A DNA stretch of 64,000 bases from Balanoglossus misakiensis (Eukaryota > Animalia > Hemichordata). A program made the translations under genes and the position numbers. The stretch covers positions 9,867,200-9,931,199 of the forward strand of contig CM082593.2 of assembly GCA_040954595.2 (NCBI GenBank), in the 5' to 3' direction. Below the pieces are notes generated by a model. The model made no database searches and was not told where the DNA came from. It saw nothing but the letters and a program-made list of their open reading frames with translations. Within the stretch, counting starts at the first letter, position 1. Every line of letters starts with the position of its first letter. Shown here piece after piece: positions 1 through 12,252 of this stretch.

Positions 1-160
1 CACGTGTGGTAGACATTTTCGCGAGAGTGTCAATAGGTTTACTTTCTATTCTTTTGGGAAATCACGAGGGTGCCTATTATGACATGGGTGACTAAATGTC
101 AAAAATTATCGCATGGCTTCGTGATATGTCGTTCAAGTCTTTATCTAACGGCCTTGTCAA

Positions 161-403
161 GAAATCTATTTCATGGCAGCACCGGCATTCCTTGACAGTA
201 GAAATAACTTCGCATTTACCGCAGCGCAGCTACACCATGAGCGTGATGAAAGACGAAGCCGATCACTCTTCTCGATCGTCTTTGCTGTCTACACTTGCCT
301 CTGTACTATTGGAATCAGTTTCACTTGAGTCGCCTACCATCTCATCGCTGCTGTATTCGGGTTCGTACAACAATCCGACGATATCTTCGTTTGAAAACTC
401 CAT
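161..403 (-). pseudogene. P2X7 C-terminal-like (KolX-type) Cys-rich protein, N-terminal fragment
   Basis: MEFSNEDIVGLLYEPEYSSDE followed by an acidic tract. After a stop, and removing a 5-bp GCTGC duplication, it reads WCSCGKCEVISTVKECRCCHEIDF (237-161), the WCxCGxC...ExxCCxE signature of the P2X7 ballast-like domain. Confidence 0.7.
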
Positions 404-719
404 ATCGCGTGGTCGTTTTTGTCTTTGGAAATGGTTTTGCGATGCATTCACAGCTTGGGTACGCGACAAAAACAGTGTTCACAAGTAGGACTATTTCCGC
501 CACACTACTTTCTTCCGATCAGAGTTTTGATTTACAGTGCCAAAAATTCGGTTTCGTCATATGGTGATCAAAGGAAATCAGGAGCCCCGGCTGTTTCGAC
601 AATTTTTGCTGTGTAGTTTTTTTTTTGCAATATGCTTCACGATATAGGGCCTAGTTGAACACGAACATTTCCGAAGCAAAAGTATCATCTGTCTCAGCAA
701 TAAGCACCGAAATAATATG

Positions 720-853
720 CCAATGTTTGACACCCATTTTTCAGCTCGATTTGCATTTTGACTGTCCACCGAAGGGTCGGGAACTTTTATAAAACCTTTC
801 GCCGTGTTTTTGCCAACTCTGTTTTTGCTCCCACTTGCGAGGCAGCCAGCCAT
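720..853 (-). pseudogene. THAP zinc-finger N-terminal fragment (transposase start)
   Basis: MAGCLASGSKNRVGKNTAKGFIKVPDP...RAEKWVSNIG shows the THAP-like C-x4-(C>S), F-x-x-P and R-x-x-x-W pattern. Truncated before the C/H-F motif. Confidence 0.55.
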
Positions 854-1054
854 GTCAACTGTCTATGTACGTTAGCGTGCGCACGGTGGCGTCTGCTACT
901 GGTGACTAGTTTGTGACGTCACACTGCATATCGAGATCGACGCTACGCTGCTGCGCGATAAGTGAAAGTGAATAAAAACGACGCAAATCACTCATGTTTT
1001 TCACAAAGATTTTATTAGGAATCTCTCTACAAGGAAGGTGTCGGTTCACTTTAA

Positions 1055-1432
1055 ATGTAAATCCATAGGTTAATACTTGGCCAAAAGCACTCTAATTTGA
1101 CATTGCTAATGCAACGATGACATTGAATCTGATTCTTTGCATCAGGGCAAATGGCGAAGCAAGGTTGATGATGCATCAGGGTAGATAGTGATGCAATCAC
1201 TTCACTTTGACATGGGTATTAAATGCATATGTGGATTTCAAGTTGATTGTAAATGCCCAGTTTAATACGTGTCCAATTGCACTGTACTTCGACATTGCTA
1301 ATGCAACGATGACATTGAATCTGATTCTTTGCATCAGGGCAAATGGCGAAGCAAGCTCAATGATGCATCAGAGTAGATGGTGATGCAAGCTCTGCACTTT
1401 GACATAGGTATTTAATGCATATGCATGGGTAT
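1055..1432. repeat. ~192-bp tandem repeat, 2 units (backbone copy 1)
   Basis: gacattgctaatgcaacgatgacattgaatctgattctttgcatcagggc occurs at ~1099 and ~1291; related to 37310-37410. Confidence 0.85.
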
Positions 1433-1436
1433 TTAA

Positions 1437-2230
1437 GATGGGTCCCCCGGTTCTTTTTGCTCGTTGCTATGGGCCTTTGTAGGACATTACACCCCGATTT
1501 GGGCTAAGCCGTTTTCAGAGTCTAACACGGGGCCGGTAACTAGTTAAAAATCTGCACGATTGTGAGCGCGCGCCCCCTGACGCAATTGATATGCAAATTA
1601 GCTAGGTCAAATTTCAAAAGCCTAAGGCTTTTTATTCCGTGACCTCAAAAACGAACTTGATACGTATTCATTAGTTGCTTGAACCAGGGAAGATCGTGAC
1701 GGATTTTGATTTCGAATATTATCGTTGTATCCTACGATTTCAGCATACCCGTACCACACCTGAAAAAGTCATCGATTTTGGGTGATTTTGGACACACTCT
1801 TCCACCGGTATCGCTTCTTAGCACGACGAAAACCGAAAAAACGATCCGTCACACTGTGCGGAAGTGCGTTCTCAACAAGCAGGTCAAATTTGACTGGCGT
1901 ACGTGGCTATGAAAAAAGCCTTAGGGATTTTCGTGAACGGTACAAAATCTCTGTGTACAAAACATTGGATTTTTAGCGTTCGATCCAGTTACTCTGGTTA
2001 CAGGACGCGCACGCCATCGCTGACCGCTGCTTTGCCGTATTAGCGTGGCGGCCTATGACCGGGCGGTAGCTGCCGTAAACATACTCGGACAGGGGGTGTG
2101 CACACAATCGTGTGTATTTTTAACAAGTTACAAGCCCCTTGTCGGACGTTCATAACGGTTTCGATCAAAATTGAGTGTAGTGTCCCATAAAGGCCCATAG
2201 CAACGAGCAAAAAGATACGGGGGACCCATC
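1437..2230. mobile_element. Non-autonomous Kolobok-type MITE (794 bp)
   Basis: ~54-bp TIRs (GATGGGTCCCCCGG...TTGCTCGTTGCTATGGGCCTTT and its complement ending ...GGGGGACCCATC). TTAA on both sides (1433-1436, 2231-2234). No coding capacity. Confidence 0.9.
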
Positions 2231-2644
2231 TTAAAGCATGTTGAGATTTATCGTGTAATGTGCTATATAAGTAATAAATATTGTGTACAATAACACTTGT
2301 TTTATTGGAGTTTAAATGGAGCTGGGATCGAGGATGTGGGAGTTGGTCCTGGGACGAGGCTACCTCGTGGTTTTTTGCCCAGACGGACAGCGGACATTTT
2401 GTATGACGCTCGCCGAAACTGCTTTAATTTCGATCTTTCCCGGACATACCCCCAATAGTCACCAGTTACAATGTCAGAAGATTACAGCTTTGTTGAATGG
2501 TGTGAAGCGGCGGGTCTTTCAAAAGACACTATCAGCTCACTAACCACCTCCCAGGTCACATCCTCCGAAGTACTGTAGTGCCTCAGCGACCAAGACATTG
2601 TCGACCTACAACTACACATCGGTCAACATGGACTGCTTCGCCAG

Positions 2645-3460
2645 TTGCGAAACAAACTATGCTCTCAAAAAGCGGAATCCAAGCCCGTGGACACGCCGAA
2701 GCCCGCCGGCGAGGCCACCAAAGAGGTAACCACACAAGACTTGGCAAAAAACAAGGCACTGAATGAGCTCCTCGAAGCCCTAGGCAACGATGCCCTCAAA
2801 GACGTCCTGTCCGACCAACCACAGGCCACAAACGCAAAGCCAGCCCCCGGGAAAGGTGAGCGAAAACCCCTACTAATTCCGGACTATGTCACCACGAAAA
2901 AGGGTTCGTTCGATCAACCAGACGAAACTGAACTGGCCGCCGACGGAGACACAAAATTAGTTATGCGAACAGCAAAACAACGACCGCGACCGGACCAAGT
3001 TTCACTGCCACAGTGGATATCAGCCAATGCCCGCATTTTAAAGGCACTGATCGCCCGCGGTATGTCCACGGAAGAGACACTGGCATATCTCGATCATACA
3101 ATTAATATTGGTGACTACACTCAATCATTCACAATCCCATCGGTCCTGACTTACGATCACGAGTGCAGGAAAAAGCAGGCTGCCGATTCGCTCGCGTGGG
3201 GAGCCGTAGACCTTCACCTGTCACTCTATCACCTTGATGAGCGGCAAGTCGCGCCTCAGCAAAAAGGGAAAAATACCACAGGCAACTCCAAAGGTCGCAG
3301 TTATGATTCGAAAGGCTAGGAAATTTGCTTCGATTTCCAAAACCCACCGGGCTGCAACCGCACCTACTGTCGTTTTGCGCACATATGCATCGAGGACGGG
3401 TGCCACAAAGATCACCCACAACACCGCCACAAATCGCTAACTTCGAACAATCATGCCTAG
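2645..3460 (+). pseudogene. gag: Gag-like ORF1 of Ngaro element 1
   Basis: ORF 2645-3319. Reading through the in-frame TAG gives EICFDFQNPPGCNRTYCRFAHICIEDGCHKDH, a CCCH-type finger, ending ~3460. Confidence 0.8.
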
Positions 3461-5261
3461 GATAAGGTTGCTAGCCCTCTTACTGATCACCTGGCAACGT
3501 GGAATGATGAACTGGAAAATGACATGGATCGCGACTTCATACTCAACGGTTTAAAATTTGGTTTCGATATCATTACCCCTGGTACCCCCCTTCAAAACGT
3601 GGACAGAAAAAAACTATGCGTCATGCTCTGACCCTGCTAATCGCAAGGCAGTCGAGGAACAAATTATCCATGAGGTTGATGTGGGTAATTACCGTGTCAC
3701 AGCGGAGAAGCCTCAAATAATTAGCAGTTTAGGTGCCATCCCCAAGAAAAACTCTGACAAAGTCAGACTCATACACGACTGCAGCCGCCCAGTAGGAGGC
3801 GGTGTCAACGCGTACGCTTCTACTTCAACTTTTAAATATGAAACTATAGATCACGCGGTGCAACTGTGCAAAGTTGGTTCATATCTCGCGAAAGTGGACT
3901 TGAAGTCAGCGTACCGTTCGGTCCCTATAAGCACGGACTCGCAGCGAGCTACAGGTCTCCGCCACAAATTTTCAGGACAGAATACCTCTACTTATATGGT
4001 GGACACCAGGCTACCATTCGGGGCAGCCAAAAGCCCAGAAATTTTCACCCGCATAACGCAAAGCGTCACCAGAATGATGTGCAGAAAAGGGTACCAGGCG
4101 GTAATTGTTTATCTTGATGATTTTCTGATTATAGCGGACTCCAAATTTGCTTGCGAGCAAGCATTTCTGGCTTTATTACAACTTTTACAGAACCTTGGCT
4201 TCACAATAAACTGGGACAAAGTGGTAAACCCAACACAACAGCTGACATTTCTTGGCATAGAGATAAATGCACGCACACGGACGCTTTCCCTCAATAAGGG
4301 CAAATTACAGGACTTGAGCGACCTTTTGCAACACTGGCTTCCTAAGCGGCGAACAACCAAACGCGAACTCCAACAACTACTTGGCAAACTCAACTGGGCA
4401 GCACGGGTTATTCGCGGCGGACGCACATTTTTGAGACGTCTTATTGACTTGTCAAACTCAGTTTCACAGCAGTCTCATCACATACGCCTTCACAGGCACG
4501 CGAGAGCGGACATCCAATGGTGGACAAATCTGAGCAAAATTTTCAATGGTACGGCTTTCTTCATTGAGGAGACTCCGTTGCCCCAACAGGTTTTCACCAC
4601 TGATGCATGCGCAATAGCGGGAGCAGGTATTTTCGCGAATGACTGGTTTTATACACAGTGGTCGGCCGACCACCCTATCTTGGCAGACATGCACATCAAC
4701 TTACAGGAACTGTATACAGTCCTGATTGCATGCAGGCGATGGTGTTGTTTCTGGGACAAACGCCACATAGTGGTATATACAGACAATACCACAACCATGT
4801 ACGCCATTAACTCTGGTACATCCCGCAACAAAGCGGCTATGGAATGGCTTCGCGAGTTGTTCTGGCTGTCGGCACTATTTAATTTCCACATCACAGCCCG
4901 ATACGTGAGCACCAAGGACAACAGCGCAGACTCCTTATCGCGTTTACACTCTGCCAAACACTACTTCACAGCAGTGAACCTTCTCGCCAATCACCAGCTA
5001 CACCCGCTAAGAGATTGGTATCGCCATATGACGGATGCTTCTTACTCTCTTCTACTTCAGGGCCTGTGCAGCAACAGTTACACCAGCTGGATATGGACAT
5101 CGGCAAATACAAGCACGCAGCATATGCAGAATCAACAAAGAAAACATACAGCTCTCAACGTACTGCCTACCTCCGGTTTTGTCTCTACTTCGGCCTCAGG
5201 CCTGTGCCCTGCACGCAACTCACCGTCTGCAGATACATTGTCTTCCTGGCTCGGTCACTAA
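3461..5261 (+). pseudogene. pol: Reverse transcriptase/RNase H of Ngaro element 1
   Basis: RLIHDCS, KVDLKSAY, LPFG and YLDD motifs; RNase H TDAC...ELY...TDN...ADSLSR. The N-terminus (DFILNGLKFGF) is joined by a frameshift in the A-run near 3610. Confidence 0.92.
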
Positions 5262-6061
5262 AACCTAGTAGCCTCCCAGGATATTTGAACATTATTAGAC
5301 TCTTACATGCTGAAGCTGGCTACGCCAACCCTTTAGAGAACAACTGGCTCCTTTGTATTTTGAAGCGGGGCATAGCTAGGACTCACAGGGTCCCACCCAG
5401 CCAAAAACTGCCAATCTCGCCTTCAATACTGAAGGACATTCACTCACACCTGGATCTGTCAATCCCCTTCAATGCCACATTTTGGTGCGCTTGTCTTTTC
5501 GCATTTTTCACCTTCGCCAGAAAGTCCACATTGTTGTTAAAAGATCAAACACTGCCAAATTCCAGTAAGTAATTGCGCAGAGATGATGTGTCCGTTCACA
5601 ACGGTCTGGCTACCATTACGGTCCGCCACACAAAAACTATCCAGTATGGCCAACGAGTACTAGAGTTGCCCCTTCAACAAATTGCCAACTCCTGCCTATG
5701 TCCGGTGGCAGCTTTCCACCAGATGCTTCATCTCTCCCCATCAGAGGAACCTCATACCCATTTATTTTCATATCGACCATCAGTCAATGCACCCACATCC
5801 TGCCCTCAGGTTCTCACTCATTCAAAGTTTACAAAGACACTCAGACTAGTCCTGAGCAATTGTGGCTACAAACCATCCCTGTATTCGGGTCATTCATTTC
5901 GCAGGGGAGGGGCAACATTTGCGGTGAACTTGGGTATTCCCCCTCTTCTCATCAAATTACAAGGCGGCTGGAGCTCAAATGCCTTCAAACGCTATACTGT
6001 CATTTCCTCGGAAACCAAATGTAGAGTCGCCAAATCCCTGGCGTTAGCCTTATCAGATTAG
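5015..6061 (+). pseudogene. Tyrosine recombinase of Ngaro element 1 (one in-frame stop at 5570-5572)
   Basis: FTFARKS (catalytic R), KT, HSFRRGGAT (HxxR) and GGWSSNAFKRY (W...Y). Overlaps the end of the RT ORF, as is typical for DIRS/Ngaro. Confidence 0.92.
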
Positions 6062-6573
6062 TAAGGGCGCTAGCACGCACTGCCTGTGTTGGGGGTATTG
6101 TTTGGCGGTTTTTCAGGCTATTTAGCCGGTCAACATGAGAAATTAAACTAGTTGACCTTTACCCCCAACACTTGTGTCTGTTTTATTAGTTTGTTAGTGA
6201 TAGTAGTGTTGCCATTTAAGTGTACAATAACACTTGTTTTATTGGAGTTTAAATGGAGCTGGGATCGAGGATGTGGGAGTTGGTCCTGGGACGAGGCTAC
6301 CTCGTGGTTTTTTTGCCCAGACGGACAGCGGACATTCCCCACCCTCCCTCCCATTGTTTAAAAAAATACGATAATGTTATTAAAAGTTAAGAGCTTTATC
6401 GTTAGAAGCGCTTTTAGTGTTACATGCTTCGCCTCTGCATTCTGTAATTCCTGTTCTGGCGGTTTTTCAGGCTATTTAGCCGGTCAACATGAGAAATTAA
6501 AATAGTTGACCTTTACCCCCAACACTTGTGTCTGTTTTATTAGTTTGTTAGTGATAGTAGTGCTGCCATTTAA

Positions 6574-8740
6574 ATATTAATATTATTACATAAACGACAC
6601 TCTTACTTAGCATAGGAATTGGTCAGGTGAACTATATTCGCAGAGCTGACCAATTGTTTAAGTAAAATTCAAGTTGGGTAATATGGACGTATTCACATTT
6701 ACAAACTGTGCTATGTATGGGATAGTGATGTTGCCTAATTTGAACGTCTCCACATTTACTTGAATTCTAGTAGTAGCTAAACAAGGCTGCCTATAAAAAG
6801 ATCATTGTGAAACATACACAACACTTTTATTGAGCATGGGAAATGTTAATGAGAACTGTGTTCTCGGAGCTCACAAACAGTGTTATGGGAAATTCAAGCT
6901 GCTAAACTTGCATGTCTCTACATTTACTGAAATTCTGATTATGAGCTAAATAAGGCAATGTATGGGAATGTCATTTTACCGCATACTGTCACACAACATT
7001 TCTATTTAGCATGGGAAATAGTCTTAAGAACAGTATTCTCAGAGTTGACAAACTGTGTTATGTGTAGGATATTCAAGTTGCCTAATTGACAATTGTTAGC
7101 AACCAGTTGTCTTCAAGAAGGTTTGGGGCACCAACCTCAACGTGCTTTATTCTCACTACATTTAGGTACCCAGGTATGCTAGATGGTTTTAGTGATCTAT
7201 AAAGTTACCTTGTATATTGAGCAACTGTTAACTTGGAGTGTTGCTCAATGATAGGAAAGTCCTTTGTTCATTTTCAAAAATGTGAACAAAACACACTGAG
7301 TTATGTACAGGATATTGATGTTGCCTAATTTGCATGTCTCCACATTTACTTAAACTCTAAAAGGGAGACAAATGTCGCAGCAGAGGGAAAATAATTATGC
7401 CACACGCAACACATTTATTGAGCATGGGAAATGTTCATGAGAACTGTCTTATGAGAATTCTCAGGGCTCACAAACTGTGTTATAGGAAATCTGACAAGGA
7501 ATCCAAACTGTAACACATACACAACATTGTTATTTAGCCTGGGAAATGGTCCTGAGAACAATATTCTCAGAGTTGACAAACTGTGTTATGTGCATGTTAT
7601 ATTGATGTTGTCTAATTTGTACGCCTGTACATTTATTAATACTCTGACAGTGAGCTTAATAACGCAGCGCCGGCTAAGGTCATGTTGCCATGTACACAAC
7701 ATTTTTAATTAGCATAGGTAATGGTCATGATAACTTCATTTGCAGAGCTGTCAAACTGTGTTATGTGAAATTCATGTTGCCTTTTTCGTGATGATGGCTT
7801 GTGGTACACAAGGGTTAACAGCAATCAGCAATTGCTTGTATGAAGGGTATGATGATTGGTTTACAAATGTGAATGGTATAATAATGGGCAACACACGTGG
7901 AAGGGTTTAATAAACAGTTAACAAATGTGGTGATGGTTTGCGGTAAAATTGAGTGTACACAGATTATAATGGGCCAAACAATGAGTATAATAAAGATAAT
8001 TGCACTGTGCATGTCCCGCACTTTGGCCCCTCACTATTGTATTTTCGACACCCTTACATACCTTTTAATGATGGTGAAGGGTTTTATGTGAATGGTGTAA
8101 TAAAGGTTAACAAATGTGGTGATAGCTTTGGTGTACAGGCTGTAAATATTGATAGTAATGACAAAGGTATAATAATAAAAGCTTAAATAAGTGTCGGGGT
8201 ATACTCATCATGATGGTTCGTTCATTGGTTAATGTGTATATTTTATGAATAACATGCTATTGTTTCTCAGATAGTTCATAATCAGGATTTTTCCATGCAC
8301 ATCGTCATCATGATTCAGTGGAATTCTTCGGAATGGTACCTGTGATCATTTTCACGCACCGACACACTGTACGCGGCAGACATGCAGAAAATATTAACAC
8401 GTAACTCGCACGCATAATGTTAAATCTAAACGACTATATGTTAGGTTACCTTCAACTCCCCACCCCATCCACATTCCACATTTAGCTTGCAGTGAGGTTT
8501 TGGGGTAGTACCGATTGGGAAACTTCAAGGTTCATTCACTGTATCAAATATTGGATTTGTCACACTGTGTCTGGGGTGGGTAAAACATGGAGAAATGTTG
8601 TCAGTAAACTTTAACCAGGCAGGTCACATGAAAGGAAGATTTTATTGTTTGAGTTCGATGACATACATGATAAGATTTGTCACTTTTGACACCTTTTTGC
8701 AATTTGACTTAGACGCAGATGTATCTTTTCATTTGGACAC
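6574..8740. repeat. Degenerate tandem-repeat backbone, copy 1 (continues at 19915-20110)
   Basis: Recurrent acaaactgtgttatg and gttgcctaattt motifs; collinear with 37540-37842 plus 40353-41650. Confidence 0.8.
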
Positions 8741-8971
8741 TGTTATGTTTACTGACTCGGTGAGATCAGGTAACGTTTTGTGTAACTCTTTTAATGAGAA
8801 ACTTCAACTGGAACACGAACACAACAACTGTACGTTCTGCTAGTACAAGATGGCAGCCATGAACGCAGGGAAAAAACATGACCTTACAATGTCATATAAA
8901 CTCTGCTAGAGGGCGCTCTATCAAAGCATTGCATGTGGTATGCTATAGTGGGTTATAGGCATATCATAACA
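8741..8971 (-). repeat. 3' LTR of Gypsy 1
   Basis: Direct repeat of 14352-14582, adjacent to the PPT. Confidence 0.95.
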
Positions 8972-9233
8972 TCCCCCTCCTTAAGCTGGATAGCAAACTT
9001 GTGAAAAGTGTATTGCGATAAATGTTCAGACACAGAGTCCATAATGTTCTATCAACTGAGAGTTCCTATCAGTCTATGAATTCATGCAAACAGTGTTCAT
9101 TGTAATGTTCAAATAACGCTAAAGTTTTGACACTGGGAATAACACCAACACTGTGAAATGTACTGCAAGATTTTCAGCTTTGTGAAATGTTTTAACAAGA
9201 ATGCAACATCAACAACTAATGGTCTCTGGTGAT

Positions 9234-12223
9234 TCACGAGAGTACAAAATCATCGAATTTGCTCGGTAGTTTACTGTTCCGCTTTGGGCGATCCACAGAA
9301 CAAGGAGCAAGTGTTTCTTGAGCGGTGTCTGCCTTGAGTGCACATCTGACATCTGGCTGGCGATCACCTGTTTCATCAGTTGCAGTGCGGCTGGATGCTG
9401 CATTGTGGTGCGGTTGGTGCGTGGGCTTTACATGAACTAAATCATGCTGATATTGAACTCCCTCCGGGGTCCGGATGGTGTATCTGCGATCAGACGACTT
9501 GTCAATCACCGTAGCTGGTTGCCAGGTTGACTTTGGTGTCTTCTGAAATCTGCATGGGGAGCCAATATGGAGTGGCATTTTTTCAGCATGTCCTCCATGA
9601 GGTATGTAAGAGGTCAAAACTCGGTAGTCTGCACCAGGTTCTGCGCCAGGCGCATTTTCATAAAAGGGAACTCTGCGCCATGTGTTTGCACCATGCATTC
9701 TGCGCCACCCTTTGCGCCAAGCGATCTGCGCCACCCTATTCACGTACGTGCATGTGTAGGATGGACGGTAACAACGCAGCGTCCCAGTACACGCACAATA
9801 TACACGTTTGTACATTACATGTTTATTTCAAATGAAAGGTAATTAAAAAGAACTTTTGTACAGCGTGTAATTTCTGAAAATTGTTGAGAAAAAAAAAGTA
9901 AATTCAAGTTCGTTCGCGGGCTGAATGGGTTAACAGGAACAGTTGGTTTCCTGGAAACTACTGATAACTTCGTAAACAACGTTCAGTCTATTATTTCTTC
10001 AGAAAACCGTTGAGAGATGATTGTTTTAGGGAACATCGCTTCTGCACAATGGCGTTCGGTCATCGATTTCAAATTCTGGATTTCGGTGAGATAGCGAGTC
10101 GCCATCTGGGTCGACGTTTTCAGTGTTGTCACTCATGTTTTACTGTCATAATTAATATTCACCGATAAGATTAATAAATCGCCGCCCTAGTCGACACTAC
10201 GTGGCCTCACTGTAGGTTGTATTGTTTACAACAGAGATTCACACCTCGCCAAGGGGTGGCTTATCAGTAAATTGCTAACGAAGTGTTGACAAACCGTCGT
10301 CTTGACTATTGTTCGGAAGACAGGAAAACCAAAATTAGCACATCGTTGCGGTAATTTTTGATGAAAGACATGATGTCAACCTTTTCAATGAAGTGATCGG
10401 TTGAATTTGAGGGGTGGGACCGACCAACGCTGTCGGTGTTCGAAGTGGCAATGATCACTTTACGTGATGTCATCACGAGAATGCGTCGCGTTATCGACCA
10501 AAATTCGTGTAATAACCCCTTTATCGTACATGCCTACCTATAAAACAGTACGATTTGCGAAAATGCACCGAGAAAAACAATTTCACGGCCAGAAATTTGA
10601 ACAGGACGTCCTGAGATCACAGCAGTAGCCCATAGCCAAGTGAAACTGGGCGATGCGATCAGGTGATCAACGTGTAGGCAGTAGTATCATTCTAAGGGGC
10701 TGGCAGCTTCAATTACGATGGGCACATCCGCATTCTGAATAAAATTGTCTACGTTCTCTTTCCAAATAACAAGTTAACAATTATTTTGCATTGAGAAATA
10801 CGACGCAAGAAAAATGATACATTCAACATGGCAAAACCACCAGGTTTGAAAACGTTATTACATGCTTTATTTTTATCGATCGTCCATCAATGGTCCCCTA
10901 GGACTGCGAGGCGAACGCGAACGAGACCCAGGCTCCACTGGGACGCCGCGTCGTTGCCGTCCATCCTACACATGCACGTACGTACGCAGATCGCTTGGCG
11001 CAAAGGGTGGCGCAGAATGCATGGTGCAAACACATGGCGCAGAGTTCCCTTTTATGAAAATGCGCCTGGCGCAGAACCTGGTGCAGACTACCGAGTTTTG
11101 ACCTCTTACATACCTGCCTCCATTTGAGTTTGCTCGCTGCTCGATTCTGTCTCTGTAGACATCTGAGGCTGGTTGATGACCGTACCGGTACTGTATGAAT
11201 GGAAGATTTGTCTCCACCTTTCTGCCGGGGAACATCAACGCGAATGGAGACGGAACGTCTGCTGTGATGGGTGTATCACGTAGCGTTGTGAGGATTTCTC
11301 TCAGGTTTTCCTCTCCTTTCTTGAGCGACTTTTAAGCATGGCTTTCACCGTGCCTCTTCCTGCACGCCCATTCGCTTGTTGGTGATAGGGTGCACTGGTG
11401 GAATACCATATTTCATGGGATCTGCAGTACTCGTGGTATCATTCCTCACTTATGAGTTGTGAGCCGTTGTCGGAAATCAATTTCTCGGGGTAGCCGAAAT
11501 TGGAGAAAATTTCGTCTAGCTTGCCGATGACTGTTGAGCTTCGTGTGTTGGGTAGCTTGTTTGCCCAGACGAAACCTGTGTAGTAGTCAACGCTAAGCAG
11601 GTACTGAGATGACTCAAACTCGAATAAGTCGCTGCCAATCGTCTGCATGGCTTCAATGCTGTGGATTGGTTGTACTGGAAGCTTGGTTTGGCTTCGCTGA
11701 TATGACATGATATGATATGATATTGGTTACAGTCGCGTACCATGTTTTCGATGTCTGCGTTCAGACCGGGCCAGTACACTGATTGTCGGGCTCGAAGTCT
11801 GGTTTTCTCGACACCTTGGTGCTGTTGGTGAAGTACTTGTAGGATGTGTTGACTCATACTGGACGGTATGACGATTCTGTGACCTTTCAGCACAACACCC
11901 TTAGAGCGATGCTGTCAGTATGCGTGGGCTGTTTCGTTGCACTGGTTCTTCTCTTTCGGCCATCCGTTTGTTATGTACACAGACAATGACTGAAGAACTG
12001 AGTCAGCGTCAGTCAGTTGGCGGATCCGATCTATGACAAAGGGCTTCATAGTGGAAATTTCGTGCACATGAACATCAACATCAGGAAACTGATATGTGGT
12101 CTGCTTCATGTCTACGCATCTGGAAAAACAGTCGGCGAGTGGTACGTCCTGACCTGGGACGTAATGGATAGCGTACTTGTATCCCTGTATGTGTAGAATC
12201 AGTCTCTGCAGCCTAACTGGCAT
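9234..12223 (-). pseudogene. Integrase region of Gypsy 1, fragmented and interrupted by a MITE
   Basis: HQGVEKTRLRARQSVYWPG, SDLFE...VDYY and SDNGSQ motifs; C-terminal WQPATV...RYTIRT beyond the MITE. Confidence 0.85.
9599..11116. mobile_element. Non-autonomous TIR element (P/hAT-like) inserted in the Gypsy integrase
   Basis: ~180-190-bp TIRs beginning (C/G)AGGTATGTAAGAGGTC with internal CTGCGCCA repeats. 7-bp TSD CCTCCAT at 9592-9598 and 11117-11123. Confidence 0.9.
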
Positions 12224-12252
12224 CTTGCAAATTTGCTTCTTTGCTATCGCTT

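Larger units (their letters stand above)
1..1050 (-). mobile_element. Kolobok (KolobokP-like) DNA transposon relic; one terminus visible, other end not identified in the window
   Basis: Ends at 1050 against TTAA (1051-1054). The minus strand reads TTAA|AGTGAACCGACAC, an RR start after a TTAA target as in Kolobok. Backbone repeat resumes after the TTAA (compare 37349 onward). Carries THAP-like and P2X7-C-like coding fragments. Confidence 0.6.
2283..6573 (+). mobile_element. Ngaro/PAT-type tyrosine-recombinase retrotransposon 1, full length with disablements
   Basis: Split direct repeats A1 2283-2398, B1 6103-6219, A2 6220-6336, B2 6457-6573. Gag, RT/RNase H and YR ORFs lie between A1 and B1. 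An empty site is visible in backbone copy 2 near 37530-37560. Confidence 0.95.

Noticed and set aside
9527-11238. Mirror-image ORFs sharing QIAWRKGWRRMHGANTW
   Set aside because: These are translations of the MITE's inverted repeats.
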